From NCBI GenBank assembly GCA_963846575.1, contig CAWJWJ010000002.1, positions 1,344,001-1,408,000 of the forward strand: a stretch of DNA of 64,000 nt, read 5' to 3'. The notes beneath the pieces were generated by a model. It ran no database searches, was not told the DNA's origin, and was given only the letters and a program-made list of their open reading frames with translations. The position numbers and the translations under genes are program-made. Source of the DNA: an uncultured Nitrospiraceae bacterium (GTDB lineage Bacteria; Nitrospirota; Nitrospiria; Nitrospirales; Nitrospiraceae). This document shows positions 60,959-64,000 of the stretch, piece after piece. The number at the start of each line of letters is the position of its first letter. Within the stretch, counting starts at the first letter, position 1.

Positions 60959-62309
60959 ACGGGTTGCCGGGCGATCGGTGCCGGTGACCCGGCACCTTGA
61001 GGCCCTGCTGAGCAAACTCGACCGGCTGTCGATGGCGCCGGGGCTTGCCGTGCAGCGTCGGATTGCGTTCGGGCGGGCATTGCAGGTCTATGTCGAACTC
61101 GGGGCCCAAGCGCCCTTGTCCCCCTTGCCTGAAGAAATCGGACTGGCCGATCTGATCCTCTATGCCGACTTCTATCCGGAAGACGGCCAGTTGACCTTGA
61201 TCGAGCAGCTCAGGGACGTGATCACCGAACATATTCCCGAAGAGGAACGGGCCTGGATGGACCCCCTCAAGCACTCCTATATGGATCTGGTCGAACTCCT
61301 GCCGCAGGCGAACGGCGAGGCGCGGCGAAGTCTGAGGTCGATCGGAGACGGGAGACCGTACGATGTGCCGGTGGAGAGCATCGGAGCGAACGAACAGGCG
61401 GGGGAGGTTTTTTTAACCCGTCTCATTCGGGAACCGGGAGAGCCTGAGAGCAACAAGGCTGTGATCGCCGGACCGGTCCTCGTCTTGTCGGCCGAGGATG
61501 CCCGGGCATTGCATGAGACCACGGCTCAGGAACGTCGCCGGATGGAAGTGGCAGGCGGATCATTCGAACTGGGTGACTGGCCGGAGTTCGCCAAACGGTT
61601 CGGACATCTGTTCTTGAGTAATTTTGCGCGGATGCGGCTGGCGGCGTTGCTGGAGGCCGTGAGGGACATCCGGTATCGAACGACCCGTGGCGATCCCTAC
61701 TTCTATGTCGTGGCGATCTATGACCACCAGGAGTTCTCGCATCTGTCCGGCGGCATGATGGAGTTGGAAGGCTGGGAGGAGTCTCCGGTTGCGCCGGAGG
61801 GCTCGACAAGCACGAAGAAACTCCGCCGATTTGTGCAACGATCCGGAGAGAGCGCTTCGGGCGGAGATCCGACGGGCAGAGTGACCGTGACCGGAACGCA
61901 GCTCTTTCTCGAATGCGACACGCGAGATCGCCTGGATGAGATCAAACATAGCCTGGCAGCCGCCTTCGGGTTCTCATTGCACTTCCGTGGCGAATCGACG
62001 CAGCCGCCGGATCGACAGATAACGCAGGAGGAATTGTCCCGCAACGAACCCCTGACCCTGGTGGTGAGCGATGAAGAGGATCGCACATTGGTCGGAGCGT
62101 TCCTCGAACTGGTCTATCTGGAGTGGGCCGATCAAGGGAGCCCGACGCTGGGCGGTGAAACTCCCCGGCACATGATGAGCACTCCCGCGGGACGCACCCG
62201 GGTTGCGGCGCTCATCGATGACATGGAACGAACCGATCCGGGCCTCCTGCGAACGGGGATCGCGGCCTTCGACTATGACAAGCTTCGAGTCCATGTCGGA
62301 CTCTCGTGA
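60942..62309 (+). CDS. Hypothetical protein with C-terminal Xre/MbcA/ParS-like motif
   Basis: 455-aa ORF; W.D..SPTLGGETPR...GRTRVAALIDDME near the C-terminus. Confidence 0.65.
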   Translation: MKLANERVAGRSVPVTRHLEALLSKLDRLSMAPGLAVQRRIAFGRALQVYVELGAQAPLSPLPEEIGLADLILYADFYPEDGQLTLIEQLRDVITEHIPEEERAWMDPLKHSYMDLVELLPQANGEARRSLRSIGDGRPYDVPVESIGANEQAGEVFLTRLIREPGEPESNKAVIAGPVLVLSAEDARALHETTAQERRRMEVAGGSFELGDWPEFAKRFGHLFLSNFARMRLAALLEAVRDIRYRTTRGDPYFYVVAIYDHQEFSHLSGGMMELEGWEESPVAPEGSTSTKKLRRFVQRSGESASGGDPTGRVTVTGTQLFLECDTRDRLDEIKHSLAAAFGFSLHFRGESTQPPDRQITQEELSRNEPLTLVVSDEEDRTLVGAFLELVYLEWADQGSPTLGGETPRHMMSTPAGRTRVAALIDDMERTDPGLLRTGIAAFDYDKLRVHVGLS

Positions 62310-62374
62310 GGGGGCGAGGCATCGATCCGGGAAACGTCAAGGGCCATCACATCTCAGGCAGCCGGCTCACGTAT

Positions 62375-62773
62375 TCACCGCGCTTCCAATCCCTGCTTGA
62401 TCGCCTTGGCCACCTCACCGCATTCGGTCACCAGATCGACGCGGGATCTTGTGCCTGAGATCGCCGGAGACCGGTTCGCCACGCAGGATTCGAAATCCGT
62501 GATCGCGCTGTCGTCGAAGGTCCGGCTCCAGATTTGTGACATCCGTTCCCGTTCCCCCTGCGCGCGCTGGTCGATGACAAACCATCCGATCAAGACCAAT
62601 GTCGCGAGAGCCACTCCCGCGGTAAGCAGCTTGAAAATGCGACTCCGCAGCACCTTGACGATGAAATAGAGCAAGGCTCCGCCGACCAGAATCGCCAGCA
62701 CGGCTCCCATCGCCAGGTCGGTCGGCTCAAGTTCGAGATACCGGGATTCCCACCACACGCCTAGGTTTGTCAT
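62375..62773 (-). CDS. Hypothetical two-TM membrane protein
   Basis: Two hydrophobic helices, C-terminal Cys pair, RBS GGAAGGA. Confidence 0.65.
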   Translation of the reverse strand: MTNLGVWWESRYLELEPTDLAMGAVLAILVGGALLYFIVKVLRSRIFKLLTAGVALATLVLIGWFVIDQRAQGERERMSQIWSRTFDDSAITDFESCVANRSPAISGTRSRVDLVTECGEVAKAIKQGLEAR

Positions 62774-63142
62774 GCCGATCCTTCCCTTGCGGTCCCGCTA
62801 CTTATAGCAGGTCGCCTGTTCAAAAGCCTCCCCGAAAAAATCCTTCTGCGGAAGGGTTGATGTGATGATCCACTTAATACATTCCGTCGAATTTTTCACC
62901 CTGTCCATCCGTTGTCGGCGAGGCCTGCCTGCCCGGCAGCCCCGACGTCCAACCGGCAGGCGGGAGTCGCGGATGGCTGGCGCGACCGGCGCAGTTCTCC
63001 GCCTGGGCTCTGTCCATCCTCAGAGGCCTGTCGGACCATGTACGTCTCCCGTCGGCGAGAGAAGGATTCGCGATTCTGATGCGCAGGAGAGGCGCCACGG
63101 TGGTATGCTGCACCTCGTGATCCCCCGGCTTTTTTCAATCAG

Positions 63143-64000
63143 ATGAGCAGAGCGACCCTGCGCGCCGTCCTGACTCCACGACTCGGCATCATGCTGCCCT
63201 TGGGCTTTGCCTCGGGATTGCCCCTGGCCCTCACCGGCGGAACCCTCCAGGCCTGGCTGACGGAAGCGGGTTTGGATCTGACTACCATCGGGCTCTTTGC
63301 CTATGTGGGTCTTCCCTACACTTTGAAATTTCTCTGGGCGCCGGTGATGGACCGGATCGTACCGCCCTGGCTGGGTCACCGCCGTGGCTGGATGATCGTG
63401 ACGCAGGCTGGTCTGGCCCTGGCCTTGTCGGTCATGGCGCTGATCGGTCCCAGCGAGGGGGCGCAGATCTTTGCGGCGCTGGCGCTGGGTGTCGCCTTTC
63501 TCTCGGCATCGCAGGACATCGTCTTCGATGCCTATCGCACCGATCTGCTGAGGCCGGATGAGCGGGGATTGGGAGCCGCCACCTGGGTCATGGGCTATCG
63601 CATCGCCATGATCGCGTCCGGATCGTTGGCGTTGATCGTCGCGGCGCGGCTGGGATGGTCCTCGGCCTATCTCTGCATGGCCGGACTGATGGCGTTGGGT
63701 GTGGTGACGATTCTGTTGATTCCCGAACCGGAGGCGGCGCGGGCCGCACCGCAATCGATGAAGGAAGCCGTCTGGGGGCCATTATTTGAATTTCTGACCC
63801 GTCCGATGGCCGGGGCGCTCTTGGGCCTGATCGTTCTTTACAAGCTCGGCGATGCCTTCGCCGGCGCACTGACGACCTCGTTTCTTCTGCGCGGCATGGA
63901 GTTTTCGTCGGAGGACATCGGCCTGGTCCGCGCATTCGGCATCGGGGCGACGATTCTCGGAGCCTTCATCGGCGGAGCCCTGATGCCGCAGCTGGGACTC
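63143..64000 (+). CDS. ampG: AmpG muropeptide MFS permease (3' end outside the window)
   Basis: LGFASGLPLALTGGTLQAWL, LPYTLKFLWAP, GHRRGWM, SASQDIVFDAY, LYKLGDAFA read directly from the DNA. Confidence 0.9.
   Translation, partial: MSRATLRAVLTPRLGIMLPLGFASGLPLALTGGTLQAWLTEAGLDLTTIGLFAYVGLPYTLKFLWAPVMDRIVPPWLGHRRGWMIVTQAGLALALSVMALIGPSEGAQIFAALALGVAFLSASQDIVFDAYRTDLLRPDERGLGAATWVMGYRIAMIASGSLALIVAARLGWSSAYLCMAGLMALGVVTILLIPEPEAARAAPQSMKEAVWGPLFEFLTRPMAGALLGLIVLYKLGDAFAGALTTSFLLRGMEFSSEDIGLVRAFGIGATILGAFIGGALMPQLGL

Overview
High-GC bacterial chromosomal window. The gene repertoire and style resemble Nitrospira, but that is recall, not a search result. Positions 1-7.55 kb hold the right part of an integrated filamentous (inovirus-like) prophage: HTH gene, rolling-circle Rep, Zn-ribbon ORF, ssDNA-binding protein, pIII/pVI-like genes, Zot/pI ATPase, major coat gene, an unannotated leaderless coat paralog, RadC-JAB, Xis and a tyrosine integrase. 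The prophage abuts the 5' side of an intact tRNA-Arg(TCT). Several prophage genes carry single-base frameshifts, from either sequencing error or decay. The rest is mostly host genome: DUF748 protein, 1-Cys Prx, B12 radical SAM, degenerate HD-GYP, RuBisCO-like protein, clpX paralog with two tiny membrane ORFs ending in Ala-Ala, msrB, lon, RlmL-like MTase, RelE-type TA pair, YhaO/YhaN pair, CorE-like ECF sigma, a bphO-bphP-response regulator operon whose phytochrome lacks the conserved pocket His, a hybrid PAS kinase, a SatP-family transporter, a mutY-mutT-exonuclease cluster, miaB/mtaB, a USP cluster with predicted sigma54 promoters, and a partial ampG. All calls come from reading motifs by eye; no database searches were run.
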